From Auanema rhodensis (Eukaryota > Animalia > Nematoda), in assembly GCA_964057225.1 (NCBI GenBank), contig CAXKVF010000098.1, positions 1 through 64,000 of the forward strand: 64,000 nucleotides of DNA, given 5' to 3'. The position numbers and the translations under genes are program-made. Shown here piece after piece: positions 26,901-41,900 of the stretch. Position 1 is the stretch's first letter; every line of letters starts with the position of its first letter. The notes beneath the pieces were generated by a model. It was not told the origin of the DNA. It ran no database searches and saw nothing but the letters and a program-made list of their open reading frames with translations.

Positions 26901-29900
26901 CACGTGTACATTTAATTAGCATAAATTAAAGTTCACGTAAATTTCAAAGTCATGGTTACCATGAAGCAATATCAATAAAAATTTGTTTTTAGACTAATAT
27001 GGACATGGGGAATCTAATTTTGAAAACCGCATCTCTTTATCTTTCACGTGAAGCGAGTTACATACCAAGTGCACATCACGTGTACATTTAATTAGCATAA
27101 ATTAAAGTTCACGTAAATTTCAAAGTCATGGTTACCATGAAGCAATATCAATAAAAATTTGTTTTTAGACTAATATGGACATGGGGAATCTAATTTTGAA
27201 AACCGCATCTCTTTATCTTTCACGTGAAGCGAGTTACATACCAAGTGCACATCACGTGTACATTTAATTAGCATAAATTAAAGTTCACGTAAATTTCAAA
27301 GTCATGGTTACCATGCACCAATATCAATAAAAATTTGTTTTTAGACTAATATGGACATGGGGAATCTAATTTTGAAAACCGCATCTCTTTATCTTTCACG
27401 TGAAGCGAGTTACATACCAAGTGCACATCACGTGTACATTTAATTAGCATAAATTAAAGTTCACGTAAATTTCAAAGTCATGGTTACCATGAACCAATAT
27501 CAATAAAAATTTGTTTTTAGACTAATATGGACATGGGGAATCTAATTTTGAAAACCGCATCTCTTTATCTTTCACGTGAAGCGAGTTACATACCAAGTGC
27601 ACATCACGTGTACATTTAATTAGCATAAATTAAAGTTCACGTAAATTTCAAAGTCATGGTTACCATGAAGCAATATCAATAAAAATTTGTTTTTAGACTA
27701 ATATGGACATGGGGAATCTAATTTTGAAAACCGCATCTCTTTATCTTTCACGTGAAGCGAGTTACATACCAAGTGCACATCACGTGTACATTTAATTAGC
27801 ATAAATTAAAGTTCACGTAAAATTCAAAGTCATGGTTACCATGAAGCAATATCAATAAAAATTTGTTTTTAGACTAATATGGACATGGGGAATCTAATTT
27901 TGAAAACCGCATCTCTTTATCTTTCACGTGAAGCGAGTTACATACCAAGTGCACATCACGTGTACATTTAATTAGCATAAATTAAAGTTCACGTAAATTT
28001 CAAAGTCATGGTTACCATGCACCAATATCAATAAAAATTTGTTTTTAGACTAATATGGACATGGGGAATCTAATTTTGAAAACCGCATCTCTTTTTCTTT
28101 CACGTGAAGCGAGTTACATACCAAGTGCACATCACGTGTACATTTAATTAGCATAAATTAAAGTTCACGTAAATTTCAAAGTCATGGTTACCATGCACCA
28201 ATATCAATAAAAATTTGTTTTTAGACTAATATGGACATGGGGAATCTAATTTTGAAAACCGCATCTCTTTATCTTTCACGTGAAGCGAGTTACATACCAA
28301 GTGCACATCACGTGTACATTTAATTAGCATAAATTAAAGTTCACGTAAATTTCAAAGTCATGGTTACCATGCACCAATATCAATAAAAATTTGTTTTTAG
28401 ACTAATATGGACATGGGGAATCTAATTTTGAAAACCGCATCTCTTTATCTTTCACGTGAAGCGAGTTACATACCAAGTGCATATCACGTGTACATTTAAT
28501 TAGCATAAATTAAAGTTCACGTAAATTTCAAAGTCATGGTTACCATGAACCAATATCAATAAAAATTTGTTTTTAGACTAATATGGACATGGGGAATCTA
28601 ATTTTGAAAACCGCATCTCTTTATCTTTCACGTGAAGCGAGTTACATACCAAGTGCACATCACGTGTACATTTAATTAGCATAAATTAAAGTTCACGTAA
28701 ATTTCAAAGTCATGGTTACCATGAACCAATATCAATAAAAATTTGTTTTTAGACTAATATGGACATGGGGAATCTAATTTTGAAAACCGCATCTCTTTAT
28801 CTTTCACGTGAAGCGAGTTACATACCAAGTGCACATCACGTGTACATTTAATTAGCATAAATTAAAGTTCACGTAAATTTCAAAGTCATGGTTACCATGA
28901 ACCAATATCAATAAAAATTTGTTTTTAGACTAATATGGACATGGGGAATCTAATTTTGAAAACCGCATCTCTTTATCTTTCACGTGAAGCGAGTTACATA
29001 CCAAGTGCACATCACGTGTACATTTAATTAGCATAAATTAAAGTTCACGTAAATTTCAAAGTCATGGTTACCATGCACCAATATCAATAAAAATTTGTTT
29101 TTAGACTAATATGGACATGGGGAATCTAATTTTGAAAACCGCATCTCTTTATCTTTCACGTGAAGCGAGTTACATACCAAGTGCACATCACGTGTACATT
29201 TAATTAGCATAAATTAAAGTTCACGTAAATTTCAAAGTCATGGTTACCATGAACCAATATCAATAAAAATTTGTTTTTAGACTAATATGGACATGGGGAA
29301 TCTAATTTTGAAAACCGCATCTCTTTATCTTTCACGTGAAGCGAGTTACATACCAAGTGCACATCACGTGTACATTTAATTAGCATAAATTAAAGTTCAC
29401 GTAAATTTCAAAGTCATGGTTACCATTCACCAATATCAATAAAAATTTGTTTTTAGACTAATATGGACATGGGGAATCTAATTTAGAAAACCGCATCTCT
29501 TTATCTTTCACGTGAAGCGAGTTACATACCAAGTGCACATCACGTGTACATTTAATTAGCATAAATTAAAGTTCACGTAAATTTCAAAGTCATGGTTACC
29601 ATGAAGCAATATCAATAAAAATTTGTTTTTAGACTAATATGGACATGGGGAATCTAATTTTGAAAACCGCATCTCTTTATCTTTCACGTGAAGCGAGTTA
29701 CATACCAAGTGCACATCACGTGTACATTTAATTAGCATAAATTAAAGTTCACGTAAATTTCAAAGTCATGGTTACCATGAAGCAATATCAATAAAAATTT
29801 GTTTTTAGACTAATATGGACATGGGGAATCTAATTTTGAAAACCGCATCTCTTTATCTTTCACGTGAAGCGAGTTACATACCAAGTGCACATCACGTGTA

Positions 29901-32900
29901 CATTTAATTAGCATAAATTAAAGTTCACGTAAATTTCAAAGTCATGGTTACCATGCACCAATATCAATAAAAATTTGTTTTTAGACTAATATGGACATGG
30001 GGAATCTAATTTTGAAAACCGCATCTCTTTATCTTTCACGTGAAGCGAGTTACATACCAAGTGCACATCACGTGTACATTTAATTAGCATAAATTAAAGT
30101 TCACGTAAATTTCAAAGTCATGGTTACCATGAACCAATATCAATAAAAATTTGTTTTTAGACTAATATGGACATGGGGAATCTAATTTTGAAAACCGCAT
30201 CTCTTTATCTTTCACGTGAAGCGAGTTACATACCAAGTGCACATCACGTGTACATTTAGTTAGCATAAATTAAAGTTCACGTAAATTTCAAAGTCATGGT
30301 TACCATGAAGCAATATCAATAAAAATTTGTTTTTAGACTAATATGGACATGGGGAATCTAATTTTGAAAACCGCATCTCTTTATCTTTCACGTGAAGCGA
30401 GTTACATACCAAGTGCACATCACGTGTACATTTAATTAGCATAAATTAAAGTTCACGTAAAATTCAAAGTCATGGTTACCATGAAGCAATATCAATAAAA
30501 ATTTGTTTTTAGACTAATATGGACATGGGGAATCTAATTTTGAAAACCGCATCTCTTTATCTTTCACGTGAAGCGAGTTACATACCAAGTGCACATCACG
30601 TGTACATTTAATTAGCATAAATTAAAGTTCACGTAAATTTCAAAGTCATGGTTACCATTCACCAATATCAATAAAAATTTGTTTTTAGACTAATATGGAC
30701 ATGGGGAATCTAATTTAGAAAACCGCATCTCTTTATCTTTCACGTGAAGCGAGTTACATACCAAGTGCACATCACGTGTACATTTAATTAGCATAAATTA
30801 AAGTTCACGTAAATTTCAAAGTCATGGTTACCATGAAGCAATATCAATAAAAATTTGTTTTTAGACTAATATGGACATGGGGAATCTAATTTTGAAAACC
30901 GCATCTCTTTATCTTTCACGTGAAGCGAGTTACATACCAAGTGCACATCACGTGTACATTTAATTAGCATAAATTAAAGTTCACGTAAATTTCAAAGTCA
31001 TGGTTACCATGAAGCAATATCAATAAAAATTTGTTTTTAGACTAATATGGACATGGGGAATCTAATTTAGAAAACCGCATCTCTTTATCTTTCACGTGAA
31101 GCGAGTTACATACCAAGTGCACATCACGTGTACATTTAATTAGCATAAATTAAAGTTCACGTAAATTTCAAAGTCATGGTTACCATGAAGCAATATCAAT
31201 AAAAATTTGTTTTTAGACTAATATGGACATGGGGAATCTAATTTTGAAAACCGCATCTCTTTATCTTTCACGTGAAGCGAGTTACATACCAAGTGCACAT
31301 CACGTGTACATTTAATTAGCATAAATTAAAGTTCACGTAAATTTCAAAGTCATGGTTACCATGAACCAATATCAATAAAAATTTGTTTTTAGACTAATAT
31401 GGACATGGGGAATCTAATTTTGAAAACCGCATCTCTTTATCTTTCACGTGAAGCGAGTTACATACCAAGTGCACATCACGTGTACATTTAATTAGCATAA
31501 ATTAAAGTTCACGTAAAATTCAAAGTCATGGTTACCATGAAGCAATATCAATAAAAATTTGTTTTTAGACTAATATGGACATGGGGAATCTAATTTTGAA
31601 AACCACATCTCTTTATCTTTCACGTGAAGCGAGTTACATACCAAGTGCACATCACGTGTACATTTAATTAGCATAAATTAAAGTTCACGTAAATTTCAAA
31701 GTCATGGTTACCATGCACCAATATCAATAAAAATTTGTTTTTAGACTAATATGGACATGGGGAATCTAATTTTGAAAACCGCATCTCTTTTTCTTTCACG
31801 TGAAGCGAGTTACATACCAAGTGCACATCACGTGTACATTTAATTAGCATAAATTAAAGTTCACGTAAATTTCAAAGTCATGGTTACCATGAACCAATAT
31901 CAATAAAAATTTGTTTTTAGACTAATATGGACATGGGGAATCTAATTTTGAAAACCGCATCTCTTTATCTTTCACGTGAAGCGAGTTACATACCAAGTGC
32001 ACATCACGTGTACATTTAATTAGCATAAATTAAAGTTCACGTAAATTTCAAAGTCATGGTTACCATGAAGCAATATCAATAAAAATTTGTTTTTAGACTA
32101 ATATGGACATGGGGAATCTAATTTTGAAAACCGCATCTCTTTATCTTTCACGTGAAGCGAGTTACATACCAAGTGCACATCACGTGTACATTTAATTAGC
32201 ATAAATTAAAGTTCACGTAAATTTCAAAGTCATGGTTACCATGAACCAATATCAATAAAAATTTGTTTTTAGACTAATATGGACATGGGGAATCTAATTT
32301 TGAAAACCGCATCTCTTTATCTTTCACGTGAAGCGAGTTACATACCAAGTGCACATCACGTGTACATTTAATTAGCATAAATTAAAGTTCACGTAAATTT
32401 CAAAGTCATGGTTACCATGCACCAATATCAATAAAAATTTGTTTTTAGACTAATATGGACATGGGGAATCTAATTTTGAAAACCGCATCTCTTTATCTTT
32501 CACGTGAAGCGAGTTACATACCAAGTGCACATCACGTGTACATTTAATTAGCATAAATTAAAGTTCACGTAAATTTCAAAGTCATGGTTACCATGAACCA
32601 ATATCAATAAAAATTTGTTTTTAGACTAATATGGACATGGGGAATCTAATTTTGAAAACCGCATCTCTTTATCTTTCACGTGAAGCGAGTTACATACCAA
32701 GTGCACATCACGTGTACATTTAATTAGCATAAATTAAAGTTCACGTAAATTTCAAAGTCATGGTTACCATGAAGCAATATCAATAAAAATTTGTTTTTAG
32801 ACTAATATGGACATGGGGAATCTAATTTTGAAAACCGCATCTCTTTATCTTTCACGTGAAGCGAGTTACATACCAAGTGCACATCACGTGTACATTTAAT

Positions 32901-35900
32901 TAGCATAAATTAAAGTTCACGTAAATTTCAAAGTCATGGTTACCATGAAGCAATATCAATAAAAATTTGTTTTTAGACTAATATGGACATGGGGAATCTA
33001 ATTTAGAAAACCGCATCTCTTTATCTTTCACGTGAAGCGAGTTACATACCAAGTGCACATCACGTGTACATTTAATTAGCATAAATTAAAGTTCACGTAA
33101 ATTTCAAAGTCATGGTTACCATGAAGCAATATCAATAAAAATTTGTTTTTAGACTAATATGGACATGGGGAATCTAATTTTGAAAACCGCATCTCTTTAT
33201 CTTTCACGTGAAGCGAGTTACATACCAAGTGCACATCACGTGTACATTTAATTAGCATAAATTAAAGTTCACGTAAATTTCAAAGTCATGGTTACCATGA
33301 ACCAATATCAATAAAAATTTGTTTTTAGACTAATATGGACATGGGGAATCTAATTTTGAAAACCGCATCTCTTTATCTTTCACGTGAAGCGAGTTACATA
33401 CCAAGTGCACATCACGTGTACATTTAATTAGCATAAATTAAAGTTCACGTAAAATTCAAAGTCATGGTTACCATGAAGCAATATCAATAAAAATTTGTTT
33501 TTAGACTAATATGGACATGGGGAATCTAATTTTGAAAACCGCATCTCTTTATCTTTCACGTGAAGCGAGTTACATACCAAGTGCACATCACGTGTACATT
33601 TAATTAGCATAAATTAAAGTTCACGTAAATTTCAAAGTCATGGTTACCATGCACCAATATCAATAAAAATTTGTTTTTAGACTAATATGGACATGGGGAA
33701 TCTAATTTTGAAAACCGCATCTCTTTTTCTTTCACGTGAAGCGAGTTACATACCAAGTGCACATCACGTGTACATTTAATTAGCATAAATTAAAGTTCAC
33801 GTAAATTTCAAAGTCATGGTTACCATGAACCAATATCAATAAAAATTTGTTTTTAGACTAATATGGACATGGGGAATCTAATTTTGAAAACCGCATCTCT
33901 TTATCTTTCACGTGAAGCGAGTTACATACCAAGTGCACATCACGTGTACATTTAATTAGCATAAATTAAAGTTCACGTAAATTTCAAAGTCATGGTTACC
34001 ATGAAGCAATATCAATAAAAATTTGTTTTTAGACTAATATGGACATGGGGAATCTAATTTTGAAAACCGCATCTCTTTATCTTTCACGTGAAGCGAGTTA
34101 CATACCAAGTGCACATCACGTGTACATTTAATTAGCATAAATTAAAGTTCACGTAAATTTCAAAGTCATGGTTACCATGAACCAATATCAATAAAAATTT
34201 GTTTTTAGACTAATATGGACATGGGGAATCTAATTTTGAAAACCGCATCTCTTTATCTTTCACGTGAAGCGAGTTACATACCAAGTGCACATCACGTGTA
34301 CATTTAATTAGCATAAATTAAAGTTCACGTAAATTTCAAAGTCATGGTTACCATGCACCAATATCAATAAAAATTTGTTTTTAGACTAATATGGACATGG
34401 GGAATCTAATTTTGAAAACCGCATCTCTTTATCTTTCACGTGAAGCGAGTTACATACCAAGTGCACATCACGTGTACATTTAATTAGCATAAATTAAAGT
34501 TCACGTAAATTTCAAAGTCATGGTTACCATGAACCAATATCAATAAAAATTTGTTTTTAGACTAATATGGACATGGGGAATCTAATTTTGAAAACCGCAT
34601 CTCTTTATCTTTCACGTGAAGCGAGTTACATACCAAGTGCACATCACGTGTACATTTAATTAGCATAAATTAAAGTTCACGTAAAATTCAAAGTCATGGT
34701 TACCATGCACCAATATCAATAAAAATTTGTTTTTAGACTAATATGGACATGGGGAATCTAATTTTGAAAACCGCATCTCTTTATCTTTCACGTGAAGCGA
34801 GTTACATACCAAGTGCACATCACGTGTACATTTAATTAGCATAAATTAAAGTTCACGTAAATTTCAAAGTCATGGTTACCATGAACCAATATCAATAAAA
34901 ATTTGTTTTTAGACTAATATGGACATGGGAATCTAATTTTGAAAACCGCATCTCTTTATCTTTCACGTGAAGCGAGTTACATACCAAGTGCACATCACGT
35001 GTACATTTAATTAGCATAAATTAAAGTTCACGTAAATTTCAAAGTCATGGTTACCATGAACCAATATCAATAAAAATTTGTTTTTAGACTAATATGGACA
35101 TGGGGAATCTAATTTTGAAAACCGCATCTCTTTATCTTTCACGTGAAGCGAGTTACATACCAAGTGCACATCACGTGTACATTTAATTAGCATAAATTAA
35201 AGTTCACGTAAATTTCAAAGTCATGGTTACCATGAACCAATATCAATAAAAATTTGTTTTTAGACTAATATGGACATGGGGAATCTAATTTTGAAAACCG
35301 CATCTCTTTATCTTTCACGTGAAGCGAGTTACATACCAAGTGCACATCACGTGTACATTTAATTAGCATAAATTAAAGTTCACGTAAATTTCAAAGTCAT
35401 GGTTACCATGAAGCAATATCAATAAAAATTTGTTTTTAGACTAATATGGACATGGGGAATCTAATTTTGAAAACCGCATCTCTTTATCTTTCACGTGAAG
35501 CGAGTTACATACCAAGTGCACATCACGTGTACATTTAATTAGCATAAATTAAAGTTCACGTAAATTTCAAAGTCATGGTTACCATGCACCAATATCAATA
35601 AAAATTTGTTTTTAGACTAATATGGACATGGGGAATCTAATTTTGAAAACCGCATCTCTTTATCTTTCACGTGAAGCGAGTTACATACCAAGTGCACATC
35701 ACGTGTACATTTAATTAGCATAAATTAAAGTTCACGTAAATTTCAAAGTCATGGTTACCATGAACCAATATCAATAAAAATTTGTTTTTAGACTAATATG
35801 GACATGGGGAATCTAATTTTAAAAACCGCATCTCTTTATCTTTCACGTGAAGCGAGTTACATACCAAGTGCACATCACGTGTACATTTAATTAGCATAAA

Positions 35901-38900
35901 TTAAAGTTCACGTAAATTTCAAAGTCATGGTTACCATGAAGCAATATCAATAAAAATTTGTTTTTAGACTAATATGGACATGGGGAATCTAATTTTGAAA
36001 ACCGCATCTCTTTATCTTTCACGTGAAGCGAGTTACATACCAAGTGCACATCACGTGTACATTTAATTAGCATAAATTAAAGTTCACGTAAATTTCAAAG
36101 TCATGGTTACCATGAACCAATATCAATAAAAATTTGTTTTTAGACTAATATGGACATGGGGAATCTAATTTTGAAAACCGCATCTCTTTATCTTTCACGT
36201 GAAGCGAGTTACATACCAAGTGCACATCACGTGTACATTTAATTAGCATAAATTAAAGTTCACGTAAATTTCAAAGTCATGGTTACCATGCACCAATATC
36301 AATAAAAATTTGTTTTTAGACTAATATGGACATGGGGAATCTATTTTTGAAAACCGCATCTCTTTATCTTTCACGTGAAGCGAGTTACATACCAAGTGCA
36401 CATCACGTGTACATTTAATTAGCATAAATTAAAGTTCACGTAAATTTCAAAGTCATGGTTACCATGAAGCAATATCAATAAAAATTTGTTTTTAGACTAA
36501 TATGGACATGGGGAATCTATTTTTGAAAACCGCATCTCTTTATCTTTCACGTGAAGCGAGTTACATACCAAGTGCACATCACGTGTACATTTAATTAGCA
36601 TAAATTAAAGTTCACGTAAATTTCAAAGTCATGGTTACCATGAAGCAATATCAATAAAAATTTGTTTTTAGACTAATATGGACATGGGGAATCTAATTTT
36701 GAAAACCGCATCTCTTTATCTTTCACGTGAAGCGAGTTACATACCAAGTGCACATCACGTGTACATTTAATTAGCATAAATTAAAGTTCACGTAAATTTC
36801 AAAGTCATGGTTACCATGAACCAATATCAATAAAAATTTGTTTTTAGACTAATATGGACATGGGGAATCTAATTTTGAAAACCGCATCTCTTTATCTTTC
36901 ACGTGAAGCGAGTTACATACCAAGTGCACATCACGTGTACATTTAATTAGCATAAATTAAAATTCACGTAAATTTCAAAGTCATGGTTACCATGCACCAA
37001 TATCAATAAAAATTTGTTTTTAGACTAATATGGACATGGGGAATCTAATTTTGAAAACCGCATCTCTTTATCTTTCACGTGAAGCGAGTTACATACCAAG
37101 TGCACATCACGTGTACATTTAATTAGCATAAATTAAAGTTCACGTAAATTTCAAAGTCATGGTTACCATGCACCAATATCAATAAAAATTTGTTTTTAGA
37201 CTAATATGGACATGGGGAATCTAATTTTGAAAACCGCATCTCTTTATCTTTCACGTGAAGCGAGTTACATACCAAGTGCACATCACGTGTACATTTGATT
37301 AGCATAAATTAAAGTTCACGTAAATTTCAAAGTCATGGTTACCATGAACCAATATCAATAAAAATTTGTTTTTAGACTAATATGGACATGGGGAATCTAA
37401 TTTTGAAAACCGCATCTCTTTATCTTTCACGTGAAGCGAGTTACATACCAAGTGCACATCACGTGTACATTTAATTAGCATAAATTAAAGTTCACGTAAA
37501 TTTCAAAGTCATGGTTACCATGAAGCAATATCAATAAAAATTTGTTTTTAGACTAATATGGACATGGGGAATCTAATTTTGAAAACCGCATCTCTTTATC
37601 TTTCACGTGAAGCGAGTTACATACCAAGTGCACATCACGTGTACATTTAATTAGCATAAATTAAAGTTCACGTAAATTTCAAAGTCATGGTTACCATGAA
37701 GCAATATCAATAAAAATTTGTTTTTAGACTAATATGGACATGGGGAATCTAATTTTGAAAACCGCATCTCTTTATCTTTCACGTGAAGCGAGTTACATAC
37801 CAAGTGCACATCACGTGTACATTTAATTAGCATAAATTAAAGTTCACGTAAATTTCAAAGTCATGGTTACCATGCACCAATATCAATAAAAATTTGTTTT
37901 TAGACTAATATGGACATGGGGAATCTAATTTTGAAAACCGCATCTCTTTATCTTTCACGTGAAGCGAGTTAAATACCAAGTGCACATCACGTGTACATTT
38001 AATTAGCATAAATTAAAGTTCACGTAAATTTCAAAGTCATGGTTACCATGCACCAATATCAATAAAAATTTGTTTTTAGACTAATATGGACATGGGGAAT
38101 CTAATTTTGAAAACCGCATCTCTTTATCTTTCACGTGAAGCGAGTTACATACCAAGTGCACATCACGTGTACATTTAATTAGCATAAATTAAAGTTCACG
38201 TAAATTTCAAAGTCATGGTTACCATGCACCAATATCAATAAAAATTTGTTTTTAGACTAATATGGACATGGGGAATCTAATTTTGAAAACCGCATCTCTT
38301 TATCTTTCACGTGAAGCGAGTTACATACCAAGTGCACATCACGTGTACATTTAATTAGCATAAATTAAAGTTCACGTAAATTTCAAAGTCATGGTTACCA
38401 TGAACCAATATCAATAAAAATTTGTTTTTAGACTAATATGGACATGGGGAATCTAATTTTGAAAACCGCATCTCTTTATCTTTCACGTGAAGCGAGTTAC
38501 ATACCAAGTGCACATCACGTGTACATTTAATTAGCATAAATTAAAGTTCACGTAAATTTCAAAGTCATGGTTACCATGAACCAATATCAATAAAAATTTG
38601 TTTTTAGACTAATATGGACATGGGGAATCTAATTTTGAAAACCGCATCTCTTTATCTTTCACGTGAAGCGAGTTACATACCAAGTGCACATCACGTGTAC
38701 ATTTAATTAGCATAAATTAAAGTTCACGTAAATTTCAAAGTCATGGTTACCATGCACCAATATCAATAAAAATTTGTTTTTAGACTAATATGGACATGGG
38801 GAATCTAATTTTGAAAACCGCATCTCTTTATCTTTCACGTGAAGCGAGTTACATACCAAGTGCACATTACGTGTACATTTAATTAGCATAAATTAAAGTT

Positions 38901-41900
38901 CACGTAAATTTCAAAGTCATGGTTACCATGAAGCAATATCAATAAAAATTTGTTTTTAGACTAATATAGACATGGGGGATCTAATTTTGAAAACCGCATC
39001 TCTTTATCTTTCACGTGAAGCGAGTTACATACCAAGTGCACATCACGTGTACATTTAATTAGCATAAATTAAAGTTCACGTAAATTTCAAAGTCATGGTT
39101 ACCATGAAGCAATATCAATAAAAATTTGTTTTTAGACTAATATGGACATGGGGAATCTAATTTTGAAAACCGCATCTCTTTATCTTTCACGTGAAGCGAG
39201 TTACATACCAAGTGCTCATCACGTGTACATTTAATTAGCATAAATTAAAGTTCACGTAAATTTCAAAGTCATGGTTACCATGAACCAATATCAATAAAAA
39301 TTTGTTTTTAGACTAATATGGACATGGGGAATCTAATTTTGAAAACCGCATCTCTTTATCTTTCACGTGAAGCGAGTTACATACCAAGTGCACATCACGT
39401 GTACATTTAATTAGCATAAATTAAAGTTCACGTAAATTTCAAAGTCATGGTTACCATGCACCAATATCAATAAAAATTTGTTTTTAGACTAATATGGACA
39501 TGGGGAATCTAATTTTGAAAACCGCATCTCTTTATCTTTCACGTGAAGCGAGTTACATACCAAGTGCACATCACGTGTACATTTAATTAGCATAAATTAA
39601 AGTTCACGTAAATTTCAAAGTCATGGTTACCATGAAGCAATATCAATAAAAATTTGTTTTTAGACTAATATGGACATGGGGAATCTAATTTTGAAAACCG
39701 CATCTCTTTATCTTTCACGTGAAGCGAGTTACATACCAAGTGCACATCACGTGTACATTTAATTAGCATAAATTAAAGTTCACGTAAATTTCAAAGTCAT
39801 GGTTACCATGAACCAATATCAATAAAAATTTGTTTTTAGACTAATATGGACATGGGGAATCTAATTTTGAAAACCGCATCTCTTTATCTTTCACGTGAAG
39901 CGAGTTACATACCAAGTGCACATCACGTGTACATTTAATTAGCATAAATTAAAGTTCACGTAAAATTCAAAGTCATGGTTACCATGCACCAATATCAATA
40001 AAAATTTGTTTTTAGACTAATATGGACATGGGGAATCTAATTTTGAAAACCGCATCTCTTTATCTTTCACGTGAAGCGAGTTACATACCAAGTGCACATC
40101 ACGTGTACATTTAATTAGCATAAATTAAAGTTCACGTAAATTTCAAAGTCATGGTTACCATGCACCAATATCAATAAAAATTTGTTTTTAGACTAATATG
40201 GACATGGGGAATCTAATTTTGAAAACCGCATCTCTTTATCTTTCACGTGAAGCGAGTTACATACCAAGTGCACATCACGTGTACATTTAATTAGCATAAA
40301 TTAAAGTTCACGTAAATTTCAAAGTCATGGTTACCATGAAGCAATATCAATAAAAATTTGTTTTTAGACTAATATGGACATGGGGAATCTAATTTTGAAA
40401 ACCGCATCTCTTTATCTTTCACGTGAAGCGAGTTACATACCAAGTGCACATCACGTGTACATTTAATTAGCATAAATTAAAGTTCACGTAAATTTCAAAG
40501 TCATGGTTACCATGCACCAATATCAATAAAAATTTGTTTTTAGACTAATATGGACATGGGGAATCTAATTTAGAATACCGCATCTCTTTATCTTTCACGT
40601 GAAGCGAGTTACATACCAAGTGCACATCACGTGTACATTTAATTAGCATAAATTAAAGTTCACGTAAATTTCAGAGTCATGGTTACCATGCACCAATATC
40701 AATAAAAATTTGTTTTTAGACTAATATGGACATGGGGAATCTAATTTTGAAAACCGCATCTCTTTATCTTTCACGTGAAGCGAGTTACATACCAAGTGCA
40801 CATCACGTGTACATTTAATTAGCATAAATTAAAGTTCACGTAAATTTCAAAGTCATGGTTACCATGAAGCAATATCAATAAAAATTTGTTTTTAGACTAA
40901 TATGGACATGGGGAATCTAATTTTGAAAACCGCATCTCTTTATCTTTCACGTGAAGCGAGTTACATACCAAGTGCACATCACGTGTACATTTAATTAGCA
41001 TAAAATAAAGTTCACGTAAATTTCAAAGTCATGGTTACCATGCACCAATATCAATAAAAATTTGTTTTTAGACTAATATGGACATGGGGAATCTAATTTT
41101 GAAAACCGCATCTCTTCATCTTTCACGTGAAGCGAGTTACATACCAAGTGCACATCACGTGTACATTTAATTAGCATAAATTAAAGTTCACGTAAATTTC
41201 AAAGTCATGGTTACCATGAAGCAATATCAATAAAAATTTGTTTTTAGACTAATATGGACATGGGAAATCTAATTTTGAAAACCGCATCTCTTTATCTTTC
41301 ACGTGAAGCGAGTTACATACCAAGTGCACATCACGTGTACATTTAATTAGCATAAATTAAAGTTCACGTAAATTTCAAAGTCATGGTTACCATGAACCAA
41401 TATCAATAAAAATTTGTTTTTAGACTAATATGGACATGGGGAATCTAAATTTGAAAACCGCATCTCTTTATCTTTCACGTGAAGCGAGTTACATACCAAG
41501 TGCACATCACATGTACATTTAATTAGCATAAATTAAAGTTCACGTAAATTTCAAAGTCATGGTTACCATGCACCAATATCAATAAAAATTTGTTTTTAGA
41601 CTAATATGGACATGGGGAATCTAATTTTGAAAACCGCATCTCTTTATCTTTCACGTGAAGCGAGTTACATACCAAGTGCACATTACGTGTACATTTAATT
41701 AGCATAAATTAAAGTTCACGTAAATTTCAAAGTCATGGTTACCATGAAGCAATATCAATAAAAATTTGTTTTTAGACTAATATAGACATGGGGGATCTAA
41801 TTTTGAAAACCGCATCTCTTTATCTTTCACGTGAAGCGAGTTACATACCAAGTGCACATCACGTGTACATTTAATTAGCATAAATTAAAGTTCACGTAAA

